Of a DNA stretch of 64,000 nt, positions 35,318-48,154 are shown one piece after another. The notes under the pieces are model-generated. The model was not told the origin of the DNA. It saw nothing but the letters and a program-made list of their open reading frames with translations, and searched no databases. The translations under genes and the position numbers were made by a program. Location of the stretch: positions 806,001-870,000 of the forward strand of contig NW_027138407.1 in the NCBI RefSeq assembly GCF_035084215.1, given 5' to 3'. This DNA comes from Heptranchias perlo (Eukaryota). Each line of letters starts with the position of its first letter. Within the stretch, counting starts at the first letter, position 1.

Positions 35318-36090
35318 CTATCACCGCACAGAAGTAGGTGGCTGCATCTGTTGCCGCGATGTCTTTAACGGTCAGAGCGCTGTACTTCTGGGCTCGATTG
35401 AGAGTAGCCCAAATCCTTTCTGGTTTAAAGGCGCTGTCCTGCGCCGTCGCTACCAGTTGCGGTTCCCGATCGGGATAGCGCCGGTACCACTGCATAAAGC
35501 TGAGCAGGATGGTTGTGCTGCAGTTTATTGTTGTCGAAGTCCCTTCCACAGCGATCATTGTCGGCGGAGATTGGAATATCTCCTCTTTGGCCTGTATGGC
35601 TGCGAAATTTAATCAAGCCCGTGGGCCAATGGATGGGAATAAAAATAAACAATTCATGCATTCAGCGACATAGAATTACATAGAATTCGGCCCAACTGGT
35701 CTATCCCGGTGTTTGTGCTCCACGACCTTTCCCCCACCCTACTTCATCTCACTCTAACAGCATATCCTTCTATTCCTTTCTCCCTCATCTGTTTATCGAG
35801 CTTCCCCTTAAATGCATCTTTGCTATTCGCCTCAACCAATCCATGTGGTAGCGAGTTCCACATTCTAACCATTCTGCGGGTAAAAAAAGTTTCTCATGAA
35901 TTCCTTTATAATCTTTTATTTTTGGCCTTTAGTTGCTGAAGGTACTAACTTTTTTAAAAAGTCGAGTAAATGAATAAGGACATGCGGAGAGATTACTTGA
36001 AAGATGGCGTGAGAATCTGAAATGTAACTTACCTAAAAGGAATATTGCTATATTGAAGATAATTAAGATTATTCGGATCTCCATTTTCAT
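35318..36090 (-). CDS. TCR alpha/delta V segment, intact
   Basis: Leader 36090-36033 MKMEIRIILIIFNIAIFLL; V exon 35599-35318 KEEIFQSPP..C..WYRR..DAATYFCAV; RSS CACCGTG (35317-35311), 23 bp, ACAAAAACT (35287-35279). Confidence 0.92.
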
Positions 36091-36692
36091 GTTCTACTTA
36101 AAGGGGCGCCGACCGTGAAATAAGCGGCGGGACTTCTCTTTATAGTGAAGAGTCAACCAGAAGAGGAAGTTCAGTCCACTAGTTCCGCCCAAACACTAAC
36201 TTAAAGGCATCGCCTCGAGCCATGTAATATAAAATGTTACTTATACTTAGCTAATTTAAGTGAAATGAATAAAGAAAGCAATAACAATCAGCAACATTCT
36301 GAACATTGGAGTTTAAAACGTTGCATTTAGCGGTAGCGCCGACCGCAGTTTCCCATTGCGGTTTATTTAATGTTCTCAGATCGTCACTACAGTCCCAATA
36401 TTATCTGATTCATTGAACTCAATGTTTTAACTTGAAAAAATTGTAATCAAACTCAGTAGATCTGGGTTGCTACTCGAAAGCCACAACCACTATACTATTG
36501 TGCCTGCGCAGGTCCTATCGTTCTGCTGCTTGGACCTGATGGCTTAAATGACGCGGAGCTGGAGAATGCATCCCTGGGCAGCTCTGGACGACTGTGCCTC
36601 AGACCTGAAGTTAAACAATTTAGGAGATCGATTTTTTTGCATGGGGCAATGACCCGGAGATCATTGATGGGCCGCACGGTTCCCGGATCTCT

Positions 36693-36900
36693 GGCTGTGT
36701 GGTGTGTAAACAATAGACAGGATTAAAGAGGGACCTGAAGTTTTATGGCGCTTCATTCCGTCTCTGAGCCCGATCCGAAAGCCCCTCCCATAATAGTCTG
36801 ATGAAGGGGTCAACATGCAAACAAATAATGAACATGCGCAGTTCCGCCGAGTAGAATCACCTGCCCGAGAAACAAACTTCAAACAATCGATCGGTTGCAG
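36693..36900 (-). pseudogene. Possible relic V-delta-type segment
   Basis: DYYGRGF motif resembling DYYGEGF of the V at 20.2 kb, an out-of-frame VYC and CACAGCC at 36699-36693; CTCF-like motif at 36923-36938. Confidence 0.3.
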
Positions 36901-37139
36901 TGAAAAATCAAACACGGTGATGGAGCGCCATCTATTGGCGTCAAGAGGTAAATGGAGGCCTGTTCGTGAAACCGTTCGATTCGCATCTTATGAGCGAATA
37001 TTGTTGGATGATTATGCTAGATTATTATTTTTGTTATTTTTCTTATTATTGCTGTAACTGGTGCAATTGTATTGTTTGGCTTTAGGTGCCGTTGCGATTT
37101 TATATTCGTTCTGAGATTTCTTTACTCGTATCACTTGTT

Positions 37140-37625
37140 TACAGGGTAAAGCTCACTCTACACTGTAACATCAAGCACTCCAAGGGCAGGTACAGGACGG
37201 GTTAGATACAGATTAAAACTCGCTCTACACTGTCCCATCAAACACTCCCAGAGCAGGTAAAACACGGGTTAGATATAGACACAAGCACCCGCTACATTGT
37301 CCCATCAAACACTCCCAGGGCAGGTACAGCATGGTTTTGATACAAAACAAAGCTCCCTCTGCACTGACCCAACAAACACTGCCAGGGCAGGTACAGCACG
37401 GGACAGATACAGAGTAAAGGTCGCTTTACACTGTGGCATCAAACACTTACAAGGCAGGTGCAGGGCGAGTTAGATACAAAGTAAAGCCCCATCAACACTG
37501 TACCATCAAAAAGTCCAATGGCAGGTACGCCATTGGTTACATACAAAATATATTTCCGTCTACACTGTCCCAACTAACACTCCGAGGGCTGCTACAACAC
37601 GAGTTAGATGCAGAGTAAAGATCCA
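37140..37625. repeat. 67-bp satellite, resuming at ~39340-39450 after a CR1 insertion
   Basis: Unit ACAGAGTAAAGCTCCCTCTACACTGTCCCATCAAACACTCCCAGGGCAGGTACAGCACGGGTTAGAT starting at 37141, 37208, 37275 and onward. Confidence 0.9.
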
Positions 37626-37629
37626 TCGA

Positions 37630-39340
37630 GACAAATAAACTCCCAGAAATGTTAGGGAACCAAGGGACTAGTGAGAGTGAGGAACTGAAGGAAACTAGTA
37701 TTGGTTAAAAAATAGTGCTTGCGAAATTAACGGGGCTAAAGGCTGACAAATCCCCAGGGCCTGATAATCTACATCGCAGAGTACTAAAAGAAGTGGCCCT
37801 GGAAATAGTGGCTGCATTGGTGATCATCTTCCAAAATTCTATAGACCCTGGAACAGTTCCGACAGATTGGAGGGTGGCAAATGTAACCCCACTATTTAAA
37901 AAAGGAGGGAGAGAAATAACAGGGGACTACAGACCAGTTAGCCTAACTTCAGTAGTGGGGATAATGCTAGAGTCGATTATAAAAGATGTGATAACAGAAC
38001 ACTACGAAGGCATTAACGGGATTGGACAAAGTCAGCTTGGGTTTATGAAAGGGAAATCATGCTTAACAAATCTACTGGAGATTTTTGAGGATGTAACCAA
38101 TAGAATAGAAAGGTAGAACTGGTGGATGTGGTGTATTTGGATTTTCAGAAGGCTGTTGATAAGGTCCCACACAAGAGGTTAGTGCGCAAAATTAAAGCAG
38201 ATGGGATTAGGGGGAATATACTGGCATGGATTGAGAATTGGTTGACAGACATGAAACAGAGAGTAGGAATAAACGGGTCTTTTTCCGGGTGGCAGGCAGT
38301 GACTAGTGGGGTACCGCAGGGATCAGTGCTTGGGCCCCAGCTATTCACAATATATATATATATCAATGATTTGGATGAGGGAACTAAATGTAACATTTCC
38401 AAGTTTGCAGAGGACACAAAGCTAGGGTGCAATGTGAGCTGTGAGGAGGATGCAAAGAGGATCCAATGTGATTTAGACAAGTTGGTTGAGTGGGCAAGAA
38501 CATGGCAGGTGCAGTATAACGTGGATACATGTGAGGTTACCCACTTTGATTGTAAAAACAGAAAGGCAGATTATTATCTGAATGGTGATAGATTGGAAAA
38601 AGGGGAGGTGCAACAAGACCTGGGTGTCCTTGTACACCAGTCGCTGAAAGCGAGCATTCAGGTGCAGCAAGCAGTTAGGAAGGCGAATGGTATGTTGGCC
38701 TTCATTGCAAGAGGATTTGAGTACAGGAGCAGGGATGTCTTACTGCAGTTGTACGGGGCCTTGGTGAGACCACATCTGGAGTATTGTGTGCAGTTTTGGT
38801 CTCCTAATCTGAGGAAGGATATTCTTGCCATGGAAGGAGTGCAACGAAGGTTTACCAGACTGATTCCTGGGATGGCAGGACTGACGTATGAGGAGAGATT
38901 GGGTCGACTAGGCCTATATTCACTAGAGTTTAGAAGAATGCGAGGTGATCTCATCGAAACATACAAAATTCTAACAGGACTAGACAGACTAGATGCAGGG
39001 AGGATGTTCCCGATGGCTGGGGACTCCAGAACCAGGGGTCACAGTCTCAGGATACGGGGTATGCCATTCAGAACCGAGATGAGGAGAAATTTCTTCACTC
39101 AGAGGGTGGTGAACCTGTAGAATTCTCTACCACAGAAGGCAGTGGAGGCCAAGTCATTAAATATATTCAAGAAGGAGATAGATATATTTCTTAATGCTCA
39201 AGAGATCAAGGGATATGGGGAAAAAGCGGAAACAATGTACTTCGTTAGACGATCAGCCATGATCATTTTGAATGTCGGAGCAGCCCAGAAGGCCGAATGG
39301 CCTATTCTTGCTCCTATTTTCTACGTATTCTATGTTTTCT
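37630..39340 (+). mobile_element. 5'-truncated CR1 LINE (RT), few disablements
   Basis: ORFs 37715..38116 and 38122..39120. Confidence 0.92.
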
Positions 39341-39695
39341 GTGTTTACATTGTCCCATCAAGCACTCCAAGGGCAGCTACAGCACGAATCAGATACGGAG
39401 TACAGATGCACTGATTCATCAAACATTCCCATTCCCAGGCCAGGTACAGCGGGATAAAATGAGGTTCTGGCTGGGTCAGGTCCGATTATGGGTGAAATTG
39501 TGAAACTGTGAAAAACATAAACTTGTTTTTCCAAATCAAGAGTAAATGTTATTTTTATTCTGATAAAATGATCACTCTGATAATGTACTTTACTCATTTT
39601 AATTTACTTCACACTGATGTGGGAATCTTAATGCACCGCACTCGCTTCTGAAGCAGCTGAGTTCTTGTACATTCTCCTCTCGTTGTTTCACCATG

Positions 39696-39976
39696 TCTCG
39701 CCGCACTGTAATGCACCGCAGCGTCTGACAGTCGGCCCTTGTTCATGGTGAGACTGGTGTAACTTTTCTCACCGTCCACGGATATTTTAAACCTTCCCTG
39801 CGCTCTATCTTCTCTGAATGTGGACACTAGATGCTGGGGAGCTTGATCGGAGAACTGCGAATACCAGAATACAAAATCATTTGTAGCGAAAGCAGCGTTG
39901 TGATGAAGCGAAATGGTTTGTCCTTCGATTCCCCGATACTCCGATATTTGGAATGTCTCCGAGTTACAAGAAACAG
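39696..39976 (-). pseudogene. TCR V pseudogene lacking both canonical cysteines
   Basis: EGQTISLHH..FWYSQ..DAAVHYSAAR; heptamer CATGGTG (39695-39689), 20-bp spacer, ACAAGAACT (39668-39660). Confidence 0.8.
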
Positions 39977-40366
39977 CTGTCAATGTAAGAAAACAAATGA
40001 TTAATATAATAATATATGCAAGGAGAGTGAAATAAATATGGTAGATATAGACAGAATGAACTCTATCTATCTATCTATCGATCTATCTTTCATATACCTA
40101 TCCTTGTCTCTCGGTCTATTTGCTCTGTATGTTGTACAATCAAACACTGGAAATCTCAGTTAATAAGTTTCCTTGCACTGTAATCGTAGTTATAAACTTA
40201 GTATCTTGTCACTTTATCAGGGTGGGAATTGAAACACTGGAACATAGCATTTCTGAATATCACTGGCTCTTCTAAAGGACTTGATTGGGGAAAGGTTAAC
40301 GGTGCAGCGGAGACACGTTAGCAAACAAGATATTATGCAGCTGGAGCCGCTCTTTGCCTCACTGTG

Positions 40367-40795
40367 TTCCCTTCGCACAGTAATACACTCCAGCGTCTCT
40401 GGGCGCGATGCCGTCTATAAAGATCGTGTTGGACTTCGATGTTCCGTCAAAGGACAGTTTGTAACGTCCTGTAGTCTTATTCCCCTGGTATATGGAGCCG
40501 ATAAATGTCGGTGGCCCTGTCAGTGCTTGTCTGTACCAGGCTACTTTATCTCTACTAGCAATGAAGAGCCGGCAGTTCAGTTCAGCCCGTTCCCCTTCCC
40601 GAAACACTACCTGCTCCGGGTCTGAGCTCCGATCTTCACACCTAACGGCTGTGAACAAAGCAAAGTCACTCAACGACCACAAGGTATTAAAGAGACTGAT
40701 AAAACAAGACGTCTAACCAGTTACATAAACTCACAGAACATCAGCAGCACCAGGGCTCCAACTGGAAACAAGACTTTGCGATGCTTCGTCTTCAT
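40367..40795 (-). CDS. TCR alpha/delta V segment, open frame, weak nonamer
   Basis: Leader 40795-40735 MKTKHRKVLFPVGALVLLMF; V exon 40648-40367; RSS CACAGTG (40366-40360), 23 bp, ATAATATCT (40336-40328). Confidence 0.88.
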
Positions 40796-42109
40796 GACGA
40801 TGAAGACGGACAAAAGGCGGATCAATAAGGGCCTGATTTCCAGACTAGAACTTGCTGCCGAGTCCAATATTTCAAAGATGGGGAGGAGGAGGAAAGGGGT
40901 ACAGTTTGAGACTGATGGGCGACAGTCTCACCAATCCGCCGAGTATGGGACCTTGTCACCTGACATTCTGCACATTCCAACTCAGGGATTGGCTTTCTCT
41001 CAAACCAAAGAACTCTTTGACCCGTCACTGGGAACGAATGTCTTTGGTCGCTGTGTGTAGGGACAGATTAAATAGTTCAGGAAGATTAGGTCTTTGTTGC
41101 ATTTCTAACTTAAATGTTCATCGCGGTCTTAGAATCATAGGATTTTCAGCACAGATAGAGGCCCTTCACCCCACCACCCCTGTGCTGGCTCACCGAAAGA
41201 GCTCTCCACTTAGTCCCAATCCCCTGCCCTTTTCCCATATCATTCTTACTTAATTTATCATTTTAAAATGTCTATTCGCTTGGCTCTTAAACGCGATCAT
41301 AGATTCTGTTGTCATCGATTATTCTTGTGGGGAATCGCATCTCCTAACAATAATCTGACCAAAAATCCAAAAACATTCCAACCTCTCCCTCCATTATGTT
41401 AGTAATGTCCTGAAATGATACCATCTAGTTACCAGCCGGATTAACTGTATCTCTTTTTTAACCTTTGCCAAACTTTTCCTAATTGTGATCCCCTCTGTCA
41501 GATCACTTGTTATCCTTCCCTGTTCTGGTGAAAAGATCCCCAATTGCTCAAGTCTCCTCCAGAACTGGTCCCTCACCACTGGTTCATCTTTCCCACTCTC
41601 CCATGCATTCTGTCCTCGAATTAACATCGATTTGGCAATTTCTGATTGTCCTTTAGGTCCCGTAACGGGGTAAAAGCTCCTGACAGGTCAGGCTCGCCAC
41701 CTCGTGGCGGATTCGTGTAAATGTTTGCCTGTCGAATTTGTCGCTGAATTGCTTGTAATTTTTTTTTCTATTTGTTTTACTCTGGAGAGAATGTTAATTG
41801 CGGGGAGAAATTACCGCACCACGGATGCAGATGTTCTGGAAATTTCTTTCTGTATTTATTTGATTTGAAGTGACACTAAATCATACAAATGAAAACGCCA
41901 TTAAACGTTCTACAACGCTATTTTTTATTCATTCTGGAGACGCGGGCTTCGCTGGAAAGGCCGGCAGTTATTGCCCATCCCTAGTTGCCCTGATGACTGT
42001 CTGCACTTCCCGAAGTGAGTTTTTAATAATATGAACTTATCATGTTTTGTGCATCCCAGTGAAATCACGTTTACTGCGTAACCCCAGCCCCATTGGGATT
42101 CCGACAAGT

Positions 42110-43210
42110 TGGTTCCCCACTATTTCTGGTATGATCTTTGTGTCTTCTAATGTAAAGACAGATACTAAATATTTGTTTGACGTCTCTGCCATTTCCTTAT
42201 TCCCTATTGTAATTTCCCCTGTCTCAGCCTCTAAGAGACCAACATTTACTTTTGCTACTCTCTTCCCTCTTACATACTTGTAGAAGCTCTTACAATCCGT
42301 CTTTATATTTCTTGCTAGTTTACTTTCATATTCTATTTTCACCGTTTTTATCAACTTTTTGTTCATCGTTTTCTGATTTTGAAAACTCTCCAAATCCCCA
42401 GGCTTATTACTCTTCTTCTTACTACTCGTCTTCGCAACATTATAGACCTCTTCTTTTAATCTAATACTATCCTTAACTTCTACAGTTAGCCATGGATGAA
42501 TAACTTTTTCCGTGTAATTTTTATTTCTCTATGGAATGCATATTTGTTGAGAATGTTGAAATGTTTCTTTAAATGTTTGCTATTGCTTATCTACCATCAT
42601 ACCCTTTAATCTAATTTCCCAATCTACCTTTGCCAACTTGCCCCTCATAGCTATGTAATTGGCTTTATTTAAGTTTAAGGCTCTTGCTTCTGACTTAATT
42701 ATGTCACTCTCAAAGACAATGTGAAATTCTATCATATTATGCTCACTCTTCCCTAGGGGAACCTTTACTGTGAGATTACTGATAAACCTTGTCTTATTAC
42801 ACAGTACAAGATGTAAAATAGCCTGTTCCCTGATTGGTTCCATGAAGTATTATTCTCGGAAACTGTCTCGAAAGCATTCCATGAACTCGTCCTCCAGACT
42901 ACCTTTGCCAATTTGATTTGTCCAGTCTATATGTAGATTGAAGTCCCCCATATTATTGCATTACCTTTGTTACAAGCTCCTTTTATTTCTTGATTAAGTC
43001 CAATGGAATAGCTACAATAAGGGGGCCTAAATACTACTCCAAGCACTGTTTTCTGCCCCTTGTTCTTTCTTATTTCCACCTAGACTGATTCTAATTCCTG
43101 ATCTTCCAAGCCAAGATCCTTTCTCATCATTGTCCTAAAGTCATCTTTTATTATTAGGGTTACACCTCCCCGCCCCCCCCCACTCTTTTCCACTCTGCCT
43201 GTCTTTTCGG
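42110..43210 (-). mobile_element. CR1 ORF2 internal fragment (EN/linker)
   Basis: EPIREQAILHLVL..SEHNMIEF and YESKLARNIKTDCKSFY peptides. Confidence 0.85.
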
Positions 43211-43214
43211 AAAA

Positions 43215-44885
43215 TCACAGGAAAAGGGGAGGTGGTTGAGATATTGGATGGGGTGGAAATTGATAAAGAAGAGGTACTAGAAATGCTGTCTGTTCTTAAA
43301 GTAGATCATTCACCCGGTCTGAATCGGATTCATCCTAGGTTGCTGAGGGATGTAAGGGTGAAAATTGCAGAGGTGTTGGCCATAATCTTCCAATCCTCCT
43401 TAGATACGTTGGATATGCCAGAGGACTGGAGAATTGCAAATGTTACATTCTTGTTCAAAAAAGGCTGTAAGGATAAACCTGGCAGATACACTCTAGTCAG
43501 TTTAACCTCGGTGGTGGGGAAGCTTATAGAAACGATAATCCGGGACAAAATTAATGGTCACTTGGACTAGTGTGGATTAATAAAGGAAAACCAGCTTGGA
43601 TTTGTTAAAGGCAAATCAATTTTAACTAACTTGATTGAGTTTTTTGATGGGGTGACAGAGAGGGCTGATGAGGGCAATGTGGTTGATGTTGTGTATATGG
43701 CCTTTCAAAAGGCGTTTGATAAAATGCCACATAATAGGCTTGTCAGCAAAATCGAAACCAATGGAATAAAAGGATTTGTGGGTGCATGGATACGAAATTG
43801 CCTAAGTGACAGGAAACAGAGAGCAGCGGTGAACAGTTGTTTTTCGGACTGAAGGAAGGTAAAAAGTGGTATTCCCCAGCGGTCGGTACTCGGACGACGG
43901 CCGTTTATTCATATATATTAATGACTTGGACTTGGGTGTACAGGGCACAATTTCAAAAATTGCAAATCACAAAAAAATTGGAAGCGTAGTGAACAGTTAG
44001 GAGGATAGTGATATACTTCAATAGAACATAGACAGGCTGGTGGAACGGACGGGCACGTGGCAGATGAAATTTAATGTAGAGAAGTGCGAAGTGATATATT
44101 TTGGCAGGAAGAACGAGGAGAGTCAATATAAACTACATGGTACAGTTCTGACAGGGGTGCAGTAACAGAGAGACCAGGGGGTATATTTTCACAAATCTTT
44201 GAAGGTGGCAGGACAGGTTGGGAAAGCAGTTAAAAAAGCATAAGGGACCCTGGGCTTTATAAATAGGTGCATAGAGTACAAAAGCAAGGAGGTTGTGTTT
44301 TAAAGTTACCTTTATAAAACACTGGTTCGGCCACAACTGGAGTATTGTGTCCAATTCTGGGAACCACACTTTAGGAAGGATGTGAAGGCCTTAGAGAGGG
44401 TGCAGAAAAGATTTACGAGAATGGTTCCATGGATGAGGGATTTCAGTTACTTGGATAGACTGGAGAAGTTGGGCCTGCTTTCCTGACAGCAGAGAAGTGT
44501 GAGAAGAGATTTCATAGAATTATTCAAAATCATGAAGGGTTTAGATAAAGTAAATGTAGATAAACTGTTCTCATTGGCGGAAGACCCGAGAACCAGAGGA
44601 CATACATTTAAGGTGATTGGCAAAAGAACCAAATGCGACGTGAGGACATTTATTTTCACGCAGCGAGTAATTCTGATCTGGAATGCGCTGCGTGAAAGGG
44701 TGGTGAAAGAACATTAAATCGTGGCTTTCAAAAAGGAATTGGATAAATACTTGAAGGGAGAACATTTGCAGGGCAATCGGGAATGAGCGGGGGAATTGGA
44801 TTCACTGGATTGCTCTTACAAAGAGCTGGCAGGACCTGGATGGGCCGAATGGCCTCCTTCTGTGCTCTAACGATTCTATGAATCA
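43215..44885 (+). mobile_element. Degenerate 5'-truncated CR1 LINE
   Basis: Fragmented RT ORFs 43232..44717 plus 3' UTR. Confidence 0.88.
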
Positions 44886-44959
44886 GAAGAACACTTAATG
44901 AAGCGGTAATCATTCGCTAAGGTTTTAGTACGAGGCCTTTGCTTTTATCTGACGTTGTG

Positions 44960-45464
44960 CCTCACTGCACAGTAATAGGCCGCCCCGTCCTCCACGCTCA
45001 GGCCGCTTATATTGAGATAACCGGACTTTTTAGCCTTGTCAATAGCCGCCAGGTATTGTCCTGAGATTTCGTCTTCCTTCAGTCCTGCTTGCTTGCTAAT
45101 TATCCAGCTTAGAGGCTGTGCCGCTTTCTGCCGATATCATTGCATAGTGTAAATATCTGGATGTGTATATTCGCAATGTAACTGCACCGAAGCCCCTTCT
45201 GACACATCTATTGTCACCGGAGATGAGTGACCAGATCTGCACATCGTCCGCCTTTGAACATAGGGAACAAAAGAGCAGAAGGTTAAACAGGATTGATCTA
45301 AACTTGTGTCTATCTGTGTGTGTGTCAACTTCCTTCTTCCCAACTATCAATCAGATAGATATTTCTGACCGGGAATTACACCGAGTCACTGCACAAGCTG
45401 TTTGCATCAATCGTTGCGTTGTTTGCTTACTGTCCAACACAGCCGCGAGTAATATTAGAAACAT
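44960..45464 (-). pseudogene. TCR V pseudogene (paralog of the V genes at 58.6 and 63.4 kb)
   Basis: Leader 45464-45431 MFLILLAAVLD; V exon 45251-44960 with a 1-bp FR1 deletion and the conserved Trp changed to TGA at 45139-45137; RSS CACAACG, 23 bp, ACTAAAACC (44959-44921). Confidence 0.9.
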
Positions 45465-45569
45465 GACTGACTAAATCCTTCACCGCGACTGGGAATTGAA
45501 TGAGACGGAGAGGGAGGAGAGTGGTCACCCGAGGACTGTTCAGCTCTTTGTTCCACCCACACACTGCAA

Positions 45570-45676
45570 GGGGCGGGGCCGATTGTGACGTCACTCAGGC
45601 TACCATCGTTATTGGCTTTGGTGTTTGCACACGTAACTTTCTAATTACCAAACTTGAGTGTGGCGCCCTCTGCTGG
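45570..45676. promoter_or_regulatory. V promoter: GC box, CRE (45586-45593), CCAAT, CTCF motif (45661-45676)
   Basis: GGGGCGGGG, TGACGTCA, ATTGG, and CCAGCAGAGGGCGCCA on the minus strand. Confidence 0.7.
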
Positions 45677-46205
45677 CGGATTCTGTTATCTCCGTTTAAG
45701 AATAAGTTCATTCAGGGGATTTAGTATCAATGGATCATATATAAAATCTAGAGTGTCTAGATTGTTTCTCAAAGATCTAGATTAGAACTGATTAACCCAG
45801 CTCATTATTTCTGATGCTCTGTAATCCTTTCATTTCCCTCCCACTCAATTTGTTTCCAGTCACTTGATCAGTGAATAGAATCATTTTGGCCATTAATTCT
45901 CCATGCTCAACCATCACACTTTCCGTTCCATCAGCTCCGAGCGCAGCTGAGCGGTGCCGCGCACTTTCTGCTGATGCACAGAGACTTGAATTCGCGTAAT
46001 TGTGAGTCTGCGACAGTCCCGCCCACACCTTCCGTTTGCTGCTCTCGCTCTATCCTATCTTGGCTGCCTGGTGTTCCTGGAAAGATTGCTGTAAATGTTT
46101 CCTGTTTGCCATTGGTTGGATCGGCAGAGCAGTGGGGCGGGGATTTATATTTCAGCTCGGACAGAGGATTTCTTGGACTGCAGAGTTACAGAGTCTGGGA
46201 GCATC

Positions 46206-46668
46206 ATGCGGAACCGTCTCCCACTGCTCCTCATCGTTATATCACTTCTCAGTAAGTATTTCATCCCCAGTAAAAATCTATTCACAGCCTGACTGCTGTA
46301 ACCCAGATGTAATTATTGGTACAATGATAATGACGATGATGACTATTACTATTATTACATTTCAGAATGGAGCCACCAAGACTCAGTGGAGCAGTCGGTT
46401 CCTGCAGTAACGGTTGAAGAGGAACGTACTGTCACATTAACTTGCACCTTGAAAACAACTGACAATAGTCCTTATGTGTACTGGTACAGTCAGCACCCCG
46501 GGCAGCCTCCACAGTATGTGCTTTATATTGTTGCAGGGATAGTAAATCAGAACCCCGACTTCACCAAACGTTTCTCGTCTACCTTTAATAAAACTACCAA
46601 GATTACCGAGCTAACGATCAGCAATACACTGATCTCCGACGCCGCCGTTTATTTCTGTGCCATGGACC
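46206..46668 (+). CDS. TCR alpha/delta V segment, inverted orientation, intact
   Basis: Leader 46206-46251 MRNRLPLLLIVISLL; V exon 46366-46668 DSVEQS..C..WYSQ..DAAVYFCAM; RSS CACACTG (46669-46675), 24 bp, ACAAAAACC (46700-46708). Confidence 0.92.
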
Positions 46669-47269
46669 CACACTGCTGCAGAGATACAGCGGATCCCGTA
46701 CAAAAACCCACACTGAGAGTCCAGTTGGTGCTCACCAGAGGGCGCTCTCACACGGATAAACAGAAGCAATAATTCAAGCTCCACAGAGGCCCAGCGCACA
46801 TTTTTAAAAGGGCAACAAAATATAACACTCAACAAGAACAGGCGTAGTTCACTTACGGAATTATATTAGTTTCAGTTCAACTCGCATTCATAATAAAAAT
46901 GTCACAAATCCATCATGTTGCAATTTAATTCACCATCTGCCTTTTTGGTGCCTTTTCTGCGCCTTCCTGCAATATTGTTCAGCCCTTTATACATTTCCTC
47001 TGTCAGTTTTCCAGACCATTTGGTCGCGATCTTTATACAGGTTTTATTAGATCAAAGTATGTTCCCGGGTCAGAGACAGTTTATACACAATGAACAGCTT
47101 TCACAATTGTATTTTTTAAAAATAAGCTCCAAACCCACAAATGTCCCTTGTCTCTCCCAATGTCCACTGCCTTTCATGATTTCTCTTCAGTGCTGCAATG
47201 TTTTCTGTGACCATTAACAATCGCGAGCTTCCCGGTTACAATAACCAGACCCGCATGGGGACACCGCCA

Positions 47270-47512
47270 CCTATACTTTCCCCGCTGAGTCACACACCAT
47301 CCTGACTTGGAAATATATCGCCGTTCCTTCAACGTCGCTGGGTCAAAATCCTGGAACTCCTTACCTAACAGCAATGTGGGAGAACCTTCACCACACGGAT
47401 TGCAGCGGTTCAAGGTGGCGGCTCACCACCACCTTCTCAAGGGAAATTAGTGATGGGCAATAAATGCTGGCTTTGCCAGTGACGCCCACATCCCATGAGT
47501 GAATGTAAAAAA
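47270..47512 (+). mobile_element. LINE 3' end (duplicated at ~60920-61150)
   Basis: Same tail as the SINE at 23966. Confidence 0.75.
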
Positions 47513-47761
47513 GGTTTTATTCCCACCTCTGGTCTCTAAAATCGGATCAATTCCCCATATAAGGACACTGACTGTCGCCCAGCTCTGGGTGTTTCCATTC
47601 ACTGGCAGCCAACATCATCACTGATCGGTCTCACAGAACTACTGGGGACACAAGGAAGTGGTATGAGCGCATCCTGAGACTCGACAGGAGATTCTTTAGT
47701 CTGGGGATTAAAACGGGTGTCTTCAAAGCTCTATCCCACCTTTACGGACCGGACAGCGACA

Positions 47762-48154
47762 ATGCGGCTACTCATCATATGGGTTGTGTGGCGAGCATTT
47801 TTGACAGGTAATTGTGGACCAAACACATTTCATCTTTTCTCTCATTGACAACATGATTTGCGTCTGAATTTTAAACTGATCATTTCCTGTTTGAACATGT
47901 TTTTCAGATCTGTCCTCGGGAGTTAAGACTGAAGGAGAAGCAGTGACTTTAAACTTTACCTATGATACCCCGCAACACGCAGATAATCAACCCCAGTTTA
48001 TTTTGATGAAATACACGAGCGATTATGAAGAGAAAGCAGATTTTGCTAAAACCCGTTTCTCCCCAGAGCTCCAGACCTTGTCTAAATTCACCACTCTAAC
48101 CATCTCGGAACTGCAACTGATCAACACTGCAGTTTATTCCTCTGCCCTGAGACT
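47762..48154 (+). pseudogene. TCR V-alpha-type pseudogene
   Basis: Leader 47762-47807; V exon from 47908 with FR1 and CDR1/FR2 deletions and both Cys lost; RSS GACAGTG (48155-48161), 23 bp, ACAAAAACT (48185-48193). Confidence 0.85.

Noticed and set aside
37140-37625. CRISPR array or hammerhead-ribozyme satellite (also the 43-bp repeat at 28.4 kb)
   Set aside because: Eukaryotic DNA with no unique spacers; no CTGATGA..GAAA core seen
46709-46715. Second heptamer CACACTG right after the nonamer (tandem RSS)
   Set aside because: No nonamer at 12 or 23 bp
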